Source: an uncultured Gemmatimonadaceae bacterium
GTDB lineage: Bacteria > Gemmatimonadota > Gemmatimonadetes > Gemmatimonadales > Gemmatimonadaceae
Length of the DNA: 64,000 nucleotides
Reading direction: 5' to 3'
Assembly (NCBI GenBank): GCA_963829055.1
Contig: CAWHHI010000004.1
Span: 160,001 to 224,000 of the forward strand
The notes under the pieces: model-generated
Databases searched by the model: none
Seen by the model: only the letters and a program-made list of their open reading frames with translations
What the model was told of the DNA's origin: nothing
Made by a program: the position numbers and the translations under genes
Part shown: positions 1 through 11,622 of the stretch, piece by piece
How the letters are laid out: each line of letters begins with the position of its first letter
Position numbering within the stretch: position 1 is the stretch's first letter

Positions 1-385
1 ACGGGAATTCGATGAACCGTTGCGGCGGCAGCGTGCCGGTCCAGATGGCCGCCGTGATCGCCTTTGCTGAATCCGTCACGATCTCGAGTTGCCAGCCGGG
101 AACGTCGGCGAACGACGTCACCCGCACGCCGGCGGGGAAGCGCAGCTCGACCTTCGTGGTGGCGACCGCTTTCTCGTTAGGGACGCGCAGCACGTAGCGC
201 TCGTACGCGCCCAGTGTGGATGTCTTGGGGAAGACCACCGCGTGCGCCCACGACAGGGTGGGCACCGCGACCACAGCGGCCACGAGCGTCGCTGCTGCCG
301 CGAGTGCAATCCGGCGACGACGCGTCCGCTTAGTACCGGCGCGAAGCGGCGAGAGTGAGGATGAGGACAAGGCGGTGCGTCTCAT
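1..385 (-). CDS. YcnI/DUF1775-family copper-binding exported protein (runs off window edge)
   Basis: ATG at 385 overlaps the copCD stop (ATGA). It reads signal peptide, then WAHAVVFP...ERYVLRVPNEKAVATTKVELRFP...DVPGW...IWTGTLP, typical of YcnI. Confidence 0.8.
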   Translation of the reverse strand, partial: MRRTALSSSSLSPLRAGTKRTRRRRIALAAAATLVAAVVAVPTLSWAHAVVFPKTSTLGAYERYVLRVPNEKAVATTKVELRFPAGVRVTSFADVPGWQLEIVTDSAKAITAAIWTGTLPPQRFIEFP

Positions 386-1725
386 GACGTGGATTGGTGA
401 GTGGTCATCGAGCCCTCGTCGCCCTCGCCGGGCGGAGGCACGTACGCCAGAAGCCCGCCGAGCAGGATGACGAGCGCCATGACGAAGATCTCGCGGGTGA
501 CCGAGGCACGGAGCGCAGCGCCGCCCGCGGCTGCGCTCGCCGCGATGCGCGGCATGAGGCGCTGCCGATTGTACGCGCCGAATCCAGCGAGCGCGAGCAG
601 CCCCGCCGTCTTCGCGAGCGCGAACAGGCCGTACGCCGACGTGACGAGGTCGCCCCACGATGGAAGAAAGAGGCGCGTCTGCACCACGCCAGTGAACGCG
701 ACCGCAACCACGGCGATCAATGCGCGGGATGACACGCGGTCGGCATCCCTGGCGAACAGTGGCGCGCTGTCGCCTGCCGGACGAACCACGAGCCATAACA
801 AGCCACCGAGCCACACGGCACTCGCCAGCAGGTGAATCGTCTTCGCCGGTATTGCCCACGCCGGTTGGATGGCCGCCGAATGCCCCGATGCCCCACTCAC
901 ACAGATCGCCGCGATCGCGAATACCAACGCGAGGCGAGGTCGGCGCGCGAGCCACCAGGCCCACAACGCCAGGATCGCCAGCCCTGTTCTCCAGAGCTCG
1001 ATCTTGCCGACGGTCGTGCTGAGCGCGGACCCGGCCCACTCCGTGTCGAACGTGTGCTCGGGCGAGGTGTTGATGAGCCACGCCACCGCGTGACCGGCGA
1101 GCAACACGGCGGCAGCGAATGTCAGTCCCGTGGTGAGCGCGCGGATGCGTCGATCGGCGGACTGCGCCGCGTTCGGGTCCGCCGTGGAGAGGAACAGCAG
1201 CATGCCTGCCGCCGCCATCAGCGCGCCGAGTGCGGTGCCGCGGATGAGCGCCGGTATGAGGGGCGCGCCGGCGACGGACGGGCCCCACACGTCGGGTTCT
1301 GGCTCCGCCTCGGTGACCGGTTCCGCCGGCGGAGGCGGCGGGGGAGCGGACTGCGCGCCTAACGTGGTATCGCCGACCGCGAACAGGAACGTCCCATCCA
1401 CCGGATGGCCGTCCGCTGACACGACCCGCCATTCCACGCGGTACCGCCCGGGCGCGAGCGAATCCACTGGCGCGATCACCGCGTGGACGTCGCGCGGGTC
1501 GGCGGCCGCGCGCAACACGATCGGTGCCCCGGCGCCAGGTACGAGCGTGACGCGCGCCAGCCCGCCCTCGACGGGCTCGCTGTAGACGAGCCGAACGCGG
1601 GTCGGAGTTGCCGCCAGATGGCTGTCTGCCGCCGGCTCCGAGGAAACGAGCGTTGCGTGCACCGCCGCGGACGACGGGGATATCAGCCCTCGGAGGGCCA
1701 GGAGTACGAGCAGGGCCAGGCGCAT
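382..1725 (-). CDS. Copper resistance CopC-CopD fusion protein
   Basis: Signal peptide, HATLVSSEP and WRVVSADGHPVDG (CopC), followed by a multi-TM CopD domain (SGHSAA, HLLASAVWLGGL). Confidence 0.92.
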   Translation of the reverse strand: MRLALLVLLALRGLISPSSAAVHATLVSSEPAADSHLAATPTRVRLVYSEPVEGGLARVTLVPGAGAPIVLRAAADPRDVHAVIAPVDSLAPGRYRVEWRVVSADGHPVDGTFLFAVGDTTLGAQSAPPPPPPAEPVTEAEPEPDVWGPSVAGAPLIPALIRGTALGALMAAAGMLLFLSTADPNAAQSADRRIRALTTGLTFAAAVLLAGHAVAWLINTSPEHTFDTEWAGSALSTTVGKIELWRTGLAILALWAWWLARRPRLALVFAIAAICVSGASGHSAAIQPAWAIPAKTIHLLASAVWLGGLLWLVVRPAGDSAPLFARDADRVSSRALIAVVAVAFTGVVQTRLFLPSWGDLVTSAYGLFALAKTAGLLALAGFGAYNRQRLMPRIAASAAAGGAALRASVTREIFVMALVILLGGLLAYVPPPGEGDEGSMTTHQSTS

Positions 1726-1843
1726 GTGCGCGAGAATCTATCGCGACGTCGGTGGGACGCTACTTCACAGAAAGAACAGTGCTCGGCTGGAACTTCCTTC
1801 CATATTAGAGGTTGTTTGGCAGTTGATCGCTGAATCCACTCTC

Positions 1844-2425
1844 GTGAGGTCGCTCGTGTCATTCGTGCGTTGTCCTGTCACGCTCGGCCCACTGGCATTC
1901 GCTGTGTCGCTGCTGCTCGCGTGCTCGAATCCGTCCGCCGGCCAGGGATACCCCGCCAGTCAGCGCGCGCGCGTCGATCAAACGGTTGCGTTCACCGATA
2001 TCTCCGTGATGTACGGACGTCCGGTCGCGCGCGGTCGCACGCTGTTCGGCGGCGACTCCGCGCTCGTGAAGTGGGACGACGTCTGGCACCCTGGCGCGGA
2101 CTCGGCCACTCGCGTGAGCTTCAGCCACGACGTGAAGCTCGAAGGCCACGACGTGAAGGCTGGAGAGTACTCGCTCTGGCTGATTCCGCGGGCGAACGCG
2201 CCGTGGACCGTGATCCTCAGCCGTGCCGCGCACGTCTTCCACAAGCCATACCCCGGTGAATCGTCCGACGCCTATCGCTTCGACGTCACGCCAGAGCGCG
2301 GCGCTCACATGGAAACGCTCGCGATCTATTTCCCCGTGGTCCTCCGCGATGATGCCGTGATGCGCGTTCACTGGGGTGAGGTGGTCGTGCCGATACGCAT
2401 CAAGGCGCCCTACCGGCCCGGCTGA
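1844..2425 (+). CDS. DUF2911-family exported protein
   Basis: YPASQRARVDQTV, YGRPVARGRTLFG, VWHPGADSAT, AGEYSLWLIP. Start codon uncertain. Confidence 0.8.
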   Translation: MRSLVSFVRCPVTLGPLAFAVSLLLACSNPSAGQGYPASQRARVDQTVAFTDISVMYGRPVARGRTLFGGDSALVKWDDVWHPGADSATRVSFSHDVKLEGHDVKAGEYSLWLIPRANAPWTVILSRAAHVFHKPYPGESSDAYRFDVTPERGAHMETLAIYFPVVLRDDAVMRVHWGEVVVPIRIKAPYRPG

Positions 2426-2479
2426 TCGACACCAACGCAAGGAAACCACGTAGGGCCCGACTCCCACGAGGAGCGAGCA

Positions 2480-2842
2480 ATGCGACTGGACCGATTTGCT
2501 GGAATCCTGCTGGCGACCGGCGCGATTGTCGGCGTCGTTGCCGTCGTCGGTCTCGCGGTCGGGTTCGAGCCATCCCGCCTTCCGCCGCGGCTTCTGGATA
2601 TCGCCGCGTACAAGCTGACGTTCGGCGCTGCCGGTGTGCTCCTGGCGATCGGCGCGATCGTTCGCCGCCATACCAGAGGCAACGATGCGGAGGCGAGCAT
2701 GACGTCCGCGCAATCGCGAGTCGCGGCGCATGACGCGAGCCCGCCGGCTGAACTGCCTCTGCCGCGGGCCGATCAGGATTTCGTCGGTGGCGTGCCCAAG
2801 AGCGGAATCCGGAGTGACGTGAGGATTCCAAAGGAGCGCTGA
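2480..2842 (+). CDS. Hypothetical membrane protein (2 TM)
   Basis: GAGGAG RBS upstream and two hydrophobic segments. Confidence 0.6.
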   Translation: MRLDRFAGILLATGAIVGVVAVVGLAVGFEPSRLPPRLLDIAAYKLTFGAAGVLLAIGAIVRRHTRGNDAEASMTSAQSRVAAHDASPPAELPLPRADQDFVGGVPKSGIRSDVRIPKER

Positions 2843-2963
2843 CGGCAGCGCTCGAGCTGGTATCGTCAGGGCCCGGATTCTGCAAAGCGGTCGAGTCTGT
2901 TGGTACGTCGCCACTCCGGCGGCGTCGCGGCGATCCTTCTTGCCCTTGGCGGCCCGACCGACG

Positions 2964-3332
2964 ATGACTGACATCGGAATGCAATCCCGCAGTCCGGAAG
3001 ATGATCATCGCTCGTTGAGCGACAGAGCGGCGGACGCGCGCGCCGCCGCTCACGCAGCGGCCCAGCGATATGTGCGCGTTCGACGACAGTGCCAGTTGAC
3101 CATCGGAAGCTCACATGAGCTGCTGGCCGCGGCGCAGGCACTGCGCGAGCAGCTGCGCGACTCGGTTACGTCGTACGCTCATGTGCTGCGCGCAGATGAC
3201 GTGCTGCCTGAACGCGTCATCGTGCTGGTGAAGTCGGCCGTCGTCGAGTCGGACCCGCTGCGCGACCAGGACCACCGGGCCGTTCTCGAAGACGTCGTCA
3301 GGTGGGCGGTGGACGCCTACTACGCAGCCTGA
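2964..3332 (+). CDS. Hypothetical protein
   Basis: Plausible codon usage and a helical sequence ending VVRWAVDAYYAA. Confidence 0.55.
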   Translation: MTDIGMQSRSPEDDHRSLSDRAADARAAAHAAAQRYVRVRRQCQLTIGSSHELLAAAQALREQLRDSVTSYAHVLRADDVLPERVIVLVKSAVVESDPLRDQDHRAVLEDVVRWAVDAYYAA

Positions 3333-3432
3333 CGTCGTTTCGGCCGGCGACTTCTTCTGCCGCGGTAGCGGTTGGCATCCGCCACTCGGGTCACGGCGCT
3401 GATACCCCTCTGACCTTGCGCTGCGTTGGTAC

Positions 3433-3470
3433 GTGTGGTAGTGTAGCACATAGGTACTACACTGCCACAC
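3433..3470. promoter_or_regulatory. YtrA-type operator (long imperfect inverted repeat)
   Basis: GTGTGGTAGTGTAGCAC-ATAG-GTACTACACTGCCACAC with core AGTGTA-N12-TACACT, about 10 nt upstream of the GntR/YtrA start. Confidence 0.8.
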
Positions 3471-3479
3471 GGGAGCTGG

Positions 3480-3902
3480 GTGCTGGTCAACCTCGACCCT
3501 CGCGATGCACGGCCCCTGTACCTCCAGATCATGGACGAGGTACGGCGGGCGCTCGTGCTCGGTACGCTCCGGGCTGAGGACCCGCTTCCTTCTGTCCGGG
3601 AGCTCGCGTCCGAGCTCGTGGTGAACCCGCGGACCGTGTCGCAGGCCTATCGGGAGTTGGAGCGCGAGGGCGTCGTGTACGTCAGACGGGGACAGGGCAC
3701 GTTCGTGGCCCCCGAATTCGACCGCGACCGTCAGGAGCGCGACGCCCTTGCGCGTGCGGTGGCCAAGCGCGCCCTGATCGAAGCAAGGCGCAACGGACTG
3801 GGAGTCGATGAGCTAGTGACAATGATCCGTGAGGTGGCGGCCGACGAGGAAGCAGAGCCCTCACGATCCGCCTACGCTGCAAACGAGGGCGAGAAGCAAT
3901 GA
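3480..3902 (+). CDS. GntR family (YtrA subfamily) transcriptional regulator
   Basis: PLYLQI, LPSVRELASELVVNPRTVSQAYRELEREG, RGQGTFV. Short C-terminus and followed by an ABC ATPase. Confidence 0.93.
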   Translation: MLVNLDPRDARPLYLQIMDEVRRALVLGTLRAEDPLPSVRELASELVVNPRTVSQAYRELEREGVVYVRRGQGTFVAPEFDRDRQERDALARAVAKRALIEARRNGLGVDELVTMIREVAADEEAEPSRSAYAANEGEKQ

Positions 3903-4831
3903 GCCACTCGACCCACCCTGCTTCAGGGGACGAGGGCTTCGCGGTGACTACGCACGCGCTGTCCAAGCGATACGGTGGTGAGACGGCGCTCGATCGCGTC
4001 GAGCTCCGTGTTCCCGAGGGAGCGGTGTACGTGCTGATCGGACCTAACGGCGCCGGCAAGAGCACGACGTTCAAGATCCTCATGAACCTGGAGCGACCGG
4101 ATTCCGGCAGCGCCGAGGTGTTCGGGCTGGACACCGGGCGGCAGGGTCCCAAGGCACGAGCACAGGTGGGGTATGTGCCCGAGCGCCAGGACTCCGGCTA
4201 TCGCGCGATGACGTGCGGCCGCCTGTTCCAGCACGTGGCGGCGTACTACTCCAGCTGGGACCACGCGTATGCCGAACAGCTGACCCGCGCGCTCGATCTT
4301 CGGCTGCAGCGCAGAGTCGGTGGCCTGTCGAAGGGCGAGGCGAGGCGCCTCCAGCTCGTGATGGCGTTGGCGCATCGTCCCCCGCTCCTGTTGCTCGACG
4401 AGCCGACGGACGGCCTCGATCCGCTGGTCCGCAAACGGGTGCTCGCGCTACTGACTGAACACCTCGCCGACACGCCGACCACGGTTCTGATCTCTACGCA
4501 CCACGTCTATGAGATGGAGACGCTGGCGGACCACGTCGGAGTGCTCCGCGACGGGCGACTCGTCGCGCAGTTGGATCGCGATGAGCTCAAGCGCACGGTG
4601 CGGCGCTATCGGATCGAGGTGCCGGAGGGGTGGGAATCCCCGCCCGAGTTCCGCGTCGCCGCCGACGCGTCGCGCTCGCCGAATCGCCGCGAGCTGCAGT
4701 GGACCCTGGTCGGCGACGAGCGGTCGGTTGCCGAGAAGCTCGCCCTTACCGGCGCGCGGGTGCGCGAGGTGACGTCGCTCGGGCTCGAGGACGCGGCGCT
4801 CGCTTTTCTCGACGGAGAAGTGACAGGATGA
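3899..4831 (+). CDS. ABC transporter ATP-binding protein
   Basis: GPNGAGKST, LSKGE, LLLLDEPT. Confidence 0.93.
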   Translation: MSHSTHPASGDEGFAVTTHALSKRYGGETALDRVELRVPEGAVYVLIGPNGAGKSTTFKILMNLERPDSGSAEVFGLDTGRQGPKARAQVGYVPERQDSGYRAMTCGRLFQHVAAYYSSWDHAYAEQLTRALDLRLQRRVGGLSKGEARRLQLVMALAHRPPLLLLDEPTDGLDPLVRKRVLALLTEHLADTPTTVLISTHHVYEMETLADHVGVLRDGRLVAQLDRDELKRTVRRYRIEVPEGWESPPEFRVAADASRSPNRRELQWTLVGDERSVAEKLALTGARVREVTSLGLEDAALAFLDGEVTG

Positions 4832-5758
4832 CGCAACCAGTGCTGCAGCCAGTGCTGCAACCAGTTCTGCATTCGACGCCCCGACCGCGCGACGTGCTGC
4901 GTGAGCAGGTCCGCGCGTTAGGCATCGCGATCAAGCTGCCGGCCGTCGTGGCCGTCGCGTTGGCAGCATTGGCGACGATATTCGTCGCCTCGAGGCTGTT
5001 CGACGCGGGCAAGCCGATCGACTTCGCGCCCGAGCTCTCGATGCTGCCTGGGATCGTGGGACTGCTGCTCCCCATCGGCGTCTGGAGAGGGGAGGATCGC
5101 TTCGGGGCAGGCCTTCTGTGGACGCTCCCGGTGGACCGCCGCCACCACGCGCTCACCAGGGTCTGCGCTGGGTGGGTCTGGTTGATGGCCGCCGTCGCGC
5201 TCTTCGTCCTGTGGCTGTTCGCGATCACGCTCATCTCGGGCGGGAACGTCACCGCCGAGTCGACGATTCGCGTCCTTCCATCGTCGGTCGTGCCGGAGCC
5301 GGGCACATTGGATGCAGCGTCGCTCGAGAGCGTGCGATGGACGCCGCGGCCGTTACTGTGGCTCGTTCCCTTCACGTCGGCGACGGGCGCCTACCTGCTC
5401 GCCAGCGCGTTCGCGTTAGGGACGCGCCATCCGATTCGCTGGCTCGTTGGAGTCGTGCTCGCCTTCTTCGCGTTCCTTGGCTTCGCCGAGGCGGCGCACT
5501 CGCGGGTGCTCCTCCAAGGGGCGAATCGTGTGCTGGTGGCACTGCATGGACGGGCCGTACGGGATCGATGCGCTCCTCACCGCGCGGACCGAGTCGCTCC
5601 ACACCGAAGCAACCCTCTCCACCGGGGAAAAGGTGGGCGTGTGGCGCGGGCTCCCGGATCTCGGCCAATGGGTGAAAGCCACACTCCTCTGGACCAGCGT
5701 GGGCCTGGCGGCACTGTGGGCCGCGGCCTCCCGACACAGGGAGCGCCGGCGGGGCTGA
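4828..5758 (+). CDS. Membrane protein, putative ABC permease (frameshift near 5545)
   Basis: ATG overlaps the ATPase stop. Multiple TM segments continue into the 5447..5758 frame. Confidence 0.7.
4834..4871 (+). repeat. 3 x 12-bp tandem repeat (QPVL) at the permease N-terminus
   Basis: CAACCAGTGCTG CAGCCAGTGCTG CAACCAGTTCTG. Confidence 0.9.
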
Positions 5759-5856
5759 GTCCCCGTCTCTGATTCGCTATCTGATCACTCACTACATAAC
5801 GCGTTAGGCTACCAGGAGAGGCGCTTTTTTCGCCTCCCCTCACCCGGGGTGCACCT

Positions 5857-6795
5857 ATGGACCTGCAGATTCGCAACCTCTCGAAGACGTACGCGAACGG
5901 CGTGCATGCGCTGAACAACGTCACGCTCACCATCCCTCGCGGCATGTTCGGGCTGCTCGGCCCGAACGGCGCCGGAAAGTCCACGCTCATGCGAATTCTC
6001 GCCACGCTGCAGGAGCCGGACGAAGGCTCCATTCACCTCGGCGACCCATCGTTAGGCCCGGCGCATTCCATCGACGTGGTGCGCCAGAAGGAGCGCGTCC
6101 GCGAGACGCTCGGCTACCTGCCGCAGGAGTTCGGCGTCTACCCTAACGTGAGCGCGGAGCGGCTGCTGGAGCACTTCGCCGTGCTCAAGGGCATTACCGA
6201 GCGACGCGCACGCCGGGAGATCGTCGAGCGCGCTACTGCAGCAGACGAACCTGTACGAGGTGCGGAAGAAGAAGCTCGGCGGCTACTCGGGCGGAATGCG
6301 TCAGCGCTTCGGCGTCGCCGTCGCGCTGCTCGGCGATCCGAGGCTCATCATCGTCGACGAACCCACCGCCGGCCTCGACCCTGCGGAGCGCGTGCGCTTC
6401 CTGAATCTGCTCAGCGAGCTTGGCGAGAACACCGTGGTCATCCTGTCCACGCACATCGTCGAGGACGTGTCGGAGCTGTGCAACCGCATGGCGATCATCG
6501 ACCGCGGCAGGATTCTGCTGGAGGCCGAGCCGCAGCGCGCAGTGAGCGGAGCTGCGTGGGCGAATCTGGCGCAGGGTCGTTCCTCGAGCGGAGCTCGAGG
6601 GCCTCGAGCGCGAGCACGCCGTGATCTCGACCAAGCTGCTGGCCGGGCGCACGGTCGTTCACGTCTACAGCGACGTCTCGCCTGGCGCCGGCGTTCGACT
6701 CGGCGAGGCGGATCTGGAGGACGTCTACTTCAGCACGATGGCCGGCCACTTCGGCCGGCCGAGCGCAACAGCCGGTGCTGGAGGTGGCGTCATGA
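5857..6795 (+). CDS. ABC transporter ATP-binding protein (several frameshifts)
   Basis: GPNGAGKST in one frame, YSGGMRQR and IIVDEPT in the next, and ADLEDVYF in a third. Confidence 0.85.
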
Positions 6796-9700
6796 AGTTC
6801 CTCGAAGTGTTCCGTTTCGAGCTCGCCTATCAATCGCGCCGCGTCTCGACCTGGCTGTTCTTCGTGGTTCTCCTGGCAATCACGTTCCACCTCTCGCGCG
6901 AAGCTTTCATCGAGAAGGCGCACCGGGGCGGCTACTTCTTCAACTCCTCGACCCTCATCTCGGAGATCACGGTCCTTACGAGCTTGATGGCGCTGCTCGT
7001 ATCCGCAACGCTGGCGGGCGACGCGGCAGCGCGCGACGTGCAGACGCGGATGCATCCGCTCGTCTACACGACGCCGGTTGGCAAGGGTGCGTATCTGGGT
7101 GGTCGGTTCCTGGCGGCCTTCGTCCTGAACGCGCTGATCCTGCTTGCCGTGCCCATCGGCTCTCCTGCTCGCCACGCTCCTGCCGGTCCCGGCGCCCGAG
7201 GTCATCGGCCCGTTCCGGCCGGAGGCCTACCTCGGTGCCTATTTCTTCATCGCGGTGCCTAACGCATTCGTCGCCTCGGCGCTCGTGTTCTCCATGGCGG
7301 CCCTCAGCCGCCGCGCGATGGCGAGCTACCTCGGTGCCGTGCTCGTGTTCTTCGCGACCATACTGAGCTGGCTCACTCGTGGCCGAGCAGCATGGGACGG
7401 TGGGCGCTGGCGAAGCTGATCGACCCAATGGGCTCACCGTGCTGGTCGAGCTGTCACGGAGTTGGACGCCGTTCGAAAAGAGCACGCGGCTCGATCGGAC
7501 TGGAGGGCTCTCTCCTCTGGAATCGCCTCGTGTGGCTCGGCGTCGCCGTGGGCGTGCTCGCGCTCACTCACCTCCGCTTCCGTTTCGCGCACCATACGGC
7601 GCGCGGCTGGTGGAGCCGAGGGGTGCGACCTAACGACGCGCCACTCGTGCAGCCGGACTGCCGCCGAGCAGGCGCGCATCGGCGCGGCGGGCGCCCGATC
7701 GCGGCCCCGCGTGTCCGGCGCGCGTTCGGCGTCCGTACCCAGCTGCGCCAGATGCTCGCCGTCGCGTGGGAATCCTTTCGCGATATCGTCACGAGCTGGG
7801 GCGGGCTCGTGCTTGCCGCAATGACGGTGCTTCTGGTCGTGCACGGGGCCCGAGATCGCAAAACACCTGGGCATTCCGCTCTTCCCCACGACCGAGCAGT
7901 TCACCGGGTTCCTCGCTCAGTCGCAGGATCTCTTCTTCATGGTGGTCCCGCTACTCATCGTCTTCTATGCCGGCGAATTGGTCTGGCGGGAACGGGAGGC
8001 GTGGTCTGAGCGACATCGCGGACGCCGCGCCGGTGCAGGACTGGGTCCCGTTCGTCGGGCAAGTTCCTGGGGTTGAGCCTCGTGCTCGTCGTGCTGCAGG
8101 TGTTGATGATCACGGCGGCGATGACCACGCAGGCGCTCATGGGCTACTACGAGTTCGAGACTCGGCCTGTACGCGCGCGTCCTCCTCGGCATTCAGCTCG
8201 GCAACTTCCTTCTGCTCGCGGTGCTCGCCGTGCTCGTCCACGTGATCGTGGACCAGAAGTACGTCGGCCACATGATCGCGCTCGTCGCCTTCGGGTTCAT
8301 GACGTTCGCCCCGGCGCTCGGCATCGAGAACAATCTGTTCGTCTATGGCTCTGATCCCGGCTGGTCCTACTCGGACCTGAGCGGCTTCGGGGCGTCGCTC
8401 GCGCCGCTCGTGTGGTTCAAGCTCTATTGGGCGGCGTGGGCGCTGCTGCTCGCGGTGGCGGCGAAGCTGCTCTGGGTGCGCGGCAGGGAGGGGAGGTTGG
8501 GTCGCGACTTCGGCAGGCGCGTCGGCGGTTCACGCGTCCGATCATCGGCGCGGCGGTGACGGCAGCCGGACTCGTTCTGTCGTTAGGCGGCTTCGTGTTC
8601 TACAACACGAATGTCCTGAACGAGTACCGTACGCCTGCCGACTGGGTCGAAGCAGCGCGCCGACTACGAGCAGCGCTATGGGAAGTACAACGGCATCCCG
8701 CAGCCCACGATCACGGCCACCGACCTGCGCGTCGAGATCCATCCCACGCAGCGGGCGGCCGAGCTTCGCGGCACTTACCGCCTCGTGAACCGAACGGCGA
8801 CGGCGATCGATTCCGTCCATGTCGTCACCGATGCGGACGTCGAGACACGAGCACTCTGACCTTCGACCGGCCGGCCACGTGCGTGCTCGCGGATTCGCTG
8901 CTCGGTCATCGCATATACGCGCTGGAACGAACGGCTCGAGCCAGGCGATTCGCTGCAGCTCACGTTCGACGTGCGTTTCGCGCGACGCGGGTTTCCCAAC
9001 CGCGGCATCGATGAGTCGGTGGTGCCTAACGGGACGTTCTTCACGGCTCAAGATTGGCTTCCCGGCCATCGGCTATCAGACGGAGCCGCGAGCTGAGCAA
9101 CGCCGGAGATCGGCGAGCGAACGGGCTCGCCCCGCGCCCCGCTTTCCGCTCGCTCGACGACGTCGCGGCGCGCTGGGATGTGGAGGGCGCCGAGCGGGTG
9201 ATGGTCGATGCGATCGTCGGTACGGACGAGTGGCCAGGTCGCCGTCGCACCCGGCGCGTTGCGTCGCACGTGGACGGAAAACGGCCGCCAGTACTTTCAC
9301 TACGCGACCGACGCGCCAATCCGAAACGAGTACGCCTTCTACTCTGCCGCGTACGCTGTGCACGAAGCGCGTTGGAAGGACGTGGCCATCCAGATCGTGT
9401 ATCACCCGGGCCACGCGTGGAACGTGGATCGCATGGCCCGAAGCGTTCAGGCCTCCCTGGAGGAGTTCAGCAAGCGATTTGGCCCGTATCCGTATCGCGA
9501 GATCAGGCTCGTCGAGCACGTGGGTGAAGGGATCAGCCTTCACGCCCCGCCCATCAACATCTCGTACCAGGAGGGATTCTCCCTCCTGAATTCGAACGAG
9601 GACCCGCGCGACGTGGATTTCGCGTTCGCCGTGGTGGCGCACGAGGTGGCGCACCAGTGGTGGGGGGACCAGGTCACGCCCGCGCGAGTCGAGGGCGCCG

Positions 9701-10455
9701 CGCTCCTGTCCGAGAGCCTGGCGTGGTACTCGGCGATGTCGGTAGTGGAACGCACGTACGGCGCCAAGCATCTGGAGCGGTTCCTGGGAATACTGCGCGA
9801 AGCGTACCTAACGCCACAGTCGCGCGCTGGCGTTCCGCTGCTGCAGGCGTCCGACTGGTTCATGGCGTACCGCAAGGGGCCGTTCGCGATGTACGCGCTG
9901 CGCGAGTACGTCGGTGACGCACAGGTGACCACCGCCCTGCGGCGTCTCTTCGAGCAGCACCGCTCGGCGACACCTCCGCTGGCGACATCTCTCGATCTCT
10001 ATCGGGAGCTTCAGCTGGTCACGCCGGATTCGCTCCGGTATCTGCTCTCCGACCTGTTCGAATCGAATACCTACTGGCAGGTCGCGACGACGCAGGCATC
10101 GGCGGAGCAGGTCGAGGCAGGTAAGTGGCGAGTGACGCTCGACGTGAAGGCACGCAAGGTCGTCGTCGACACGATAGGCGTCGAGAAGGAAGTCTCGATG
10201 AACGACCTCGTCGAGATTGGTGTCTTCGGGCCGCCGAAGGACGGGGGGCCTGGCGAGCCGCTGTATCTGCGCATGCACCGCGTGCATTCCGGCGAGCAGC
10301 GCATCACCGTGACGGTGACGGGAAAGCCCGCGCGTGCCGGACTCGATCCGCGGAATCTGCTGATCGACGTCAACGGCGACGACAATCTTCAGGAGGTGAC
10401 TCTGTCAGCAATGAGATCAGCCGCGGACACCGGCGCGGCTCCGAATCGGCGTTAG
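6792..10455 (+). CDS. ABC-2 permease / M1-type zinc aminopeptidase fusion (multiple frameshifts)
   Basis: N-terminal multi-TM permease repeats (MKFLEVFRFE..., GRFLAAF). The C-terminal frame 9208..10455 has FGPYPY and HEVAHQWWG...LSESLA. Confidence 0.85.
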
Positions 10456-11578
10456 GCGATGCCGAGGAACGCCATCAACTCGGCGGCTGCGGCGCCGCCC
10501 GCGCGGTTCGCGCCGATGGTCGACGCGGACGGTCCGTAGCCGACGAGATGGATCCGTGGGTCTTTCGCGACCTGCGTCGCCAGCCTGCCGGTCATGACGA
10601 TGCCGCCGTCGGGCTCGCGGAGTAGCAGTGGCGCCAGATGATCGAGCGAGCTGCGGAAGCCGGTGCACCAGAGGATGACGTCGGCGTGCAGCGTGGTCCC
10701 GTCGTCCCAGCGGACGCCGTCCGTCGTGATCTCGCTGAACATCGGATGCCGGTTCAGAACCCCACGAGCACGCATGGCTTCGACCGCCGGTGTGAGCGGC
10801 AAGCCGGTGACCGAGACCACGGAGCTCGGCGGCAGTCCGCGTCGCACTCTGTCCTCCACGAGCGCGACCGCGGCGCGACCGGCAGCCTCATCGAACGGGC
10901 CGGTGCGGAATTCCGGCGGACGCCTCGTGGTCCACGTCGTCGTGGTGACGCGCGAGATCTCGTCGAGCAGCTGGATCGCCGAGATGCCGGCGCCGACGAT
11001 GATGACGTGCTTGCCCTACGAACTCCGCCGCCGACCGGTAGTCTCGCGTGTGCAGCTGGCGTCCCGCGAAGCGGTCCGCGCCCGGGTACTCCGGGATGTA
11101 CGGCGTCTCCCACGTACCCGTGGCGTTGATGATTCCGCGTGTCGAGACGGCGATGCGATCCGTCTCGACGTTCAGCCAGTCGCCGCGATCGCAGACGACG
11201 GTCACTTTCACCGGGCGATAGACGGGCAGGTCGAACGCCTTCTCGTACGCGGCGAAGTAGCGCGGCACCGCGACGGCGGCTTCGACTTCCGTCGCGGCGG
11301 TGTCGATCGCGTCGGAGAAGGGCATCCCGGGCAGGTCGTGAATGCGGTTGACGGTGCTCAGGGTCAGCGACGGCCAGCGGAACTGCCAGGCTCCGCCCGG
11401 CGTTAGGCGACTGGTCCAGCACGACGAAGCCGCGGTTCGGCACCAGGCCACGCCGTTTGAGATGGTAGGCCGAGGACAGGCCCGCCTGGCCGGCGCCGAT
11501 GACGACGATGTCGGTCTTGAGGCGCGCGCCGGACGCGGGCGCGTGCGTCGCGTCGGGCTCAGGCGGGCGTGTGGACAT
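10452..11578 (-). CDS. FAD/NAD(P)-dependent oxidoreductase, FMO/CzcO-like (frameshifted)
   Basis: VVIGAGQAGLS, PGGAWQFRWPSL, INATGTW, LHTRDYRS, WCTGFR, GYGPSASTIGANRAG. Confidence 0.85.
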
Positions 11579-11622
11579 TGGAGAACGGTAACCGAATGGC
11601 GCGATTGCGAACCCCGCGAAAT

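Noticed and set aside
5857..10455. Programmed ribosomal frameshifting or true pseudogenes in the ABC operon
   Set aside because: Indels are scattered through many unrelated genes with no consistent slippery motif, so sequencing error is more parsimonious.
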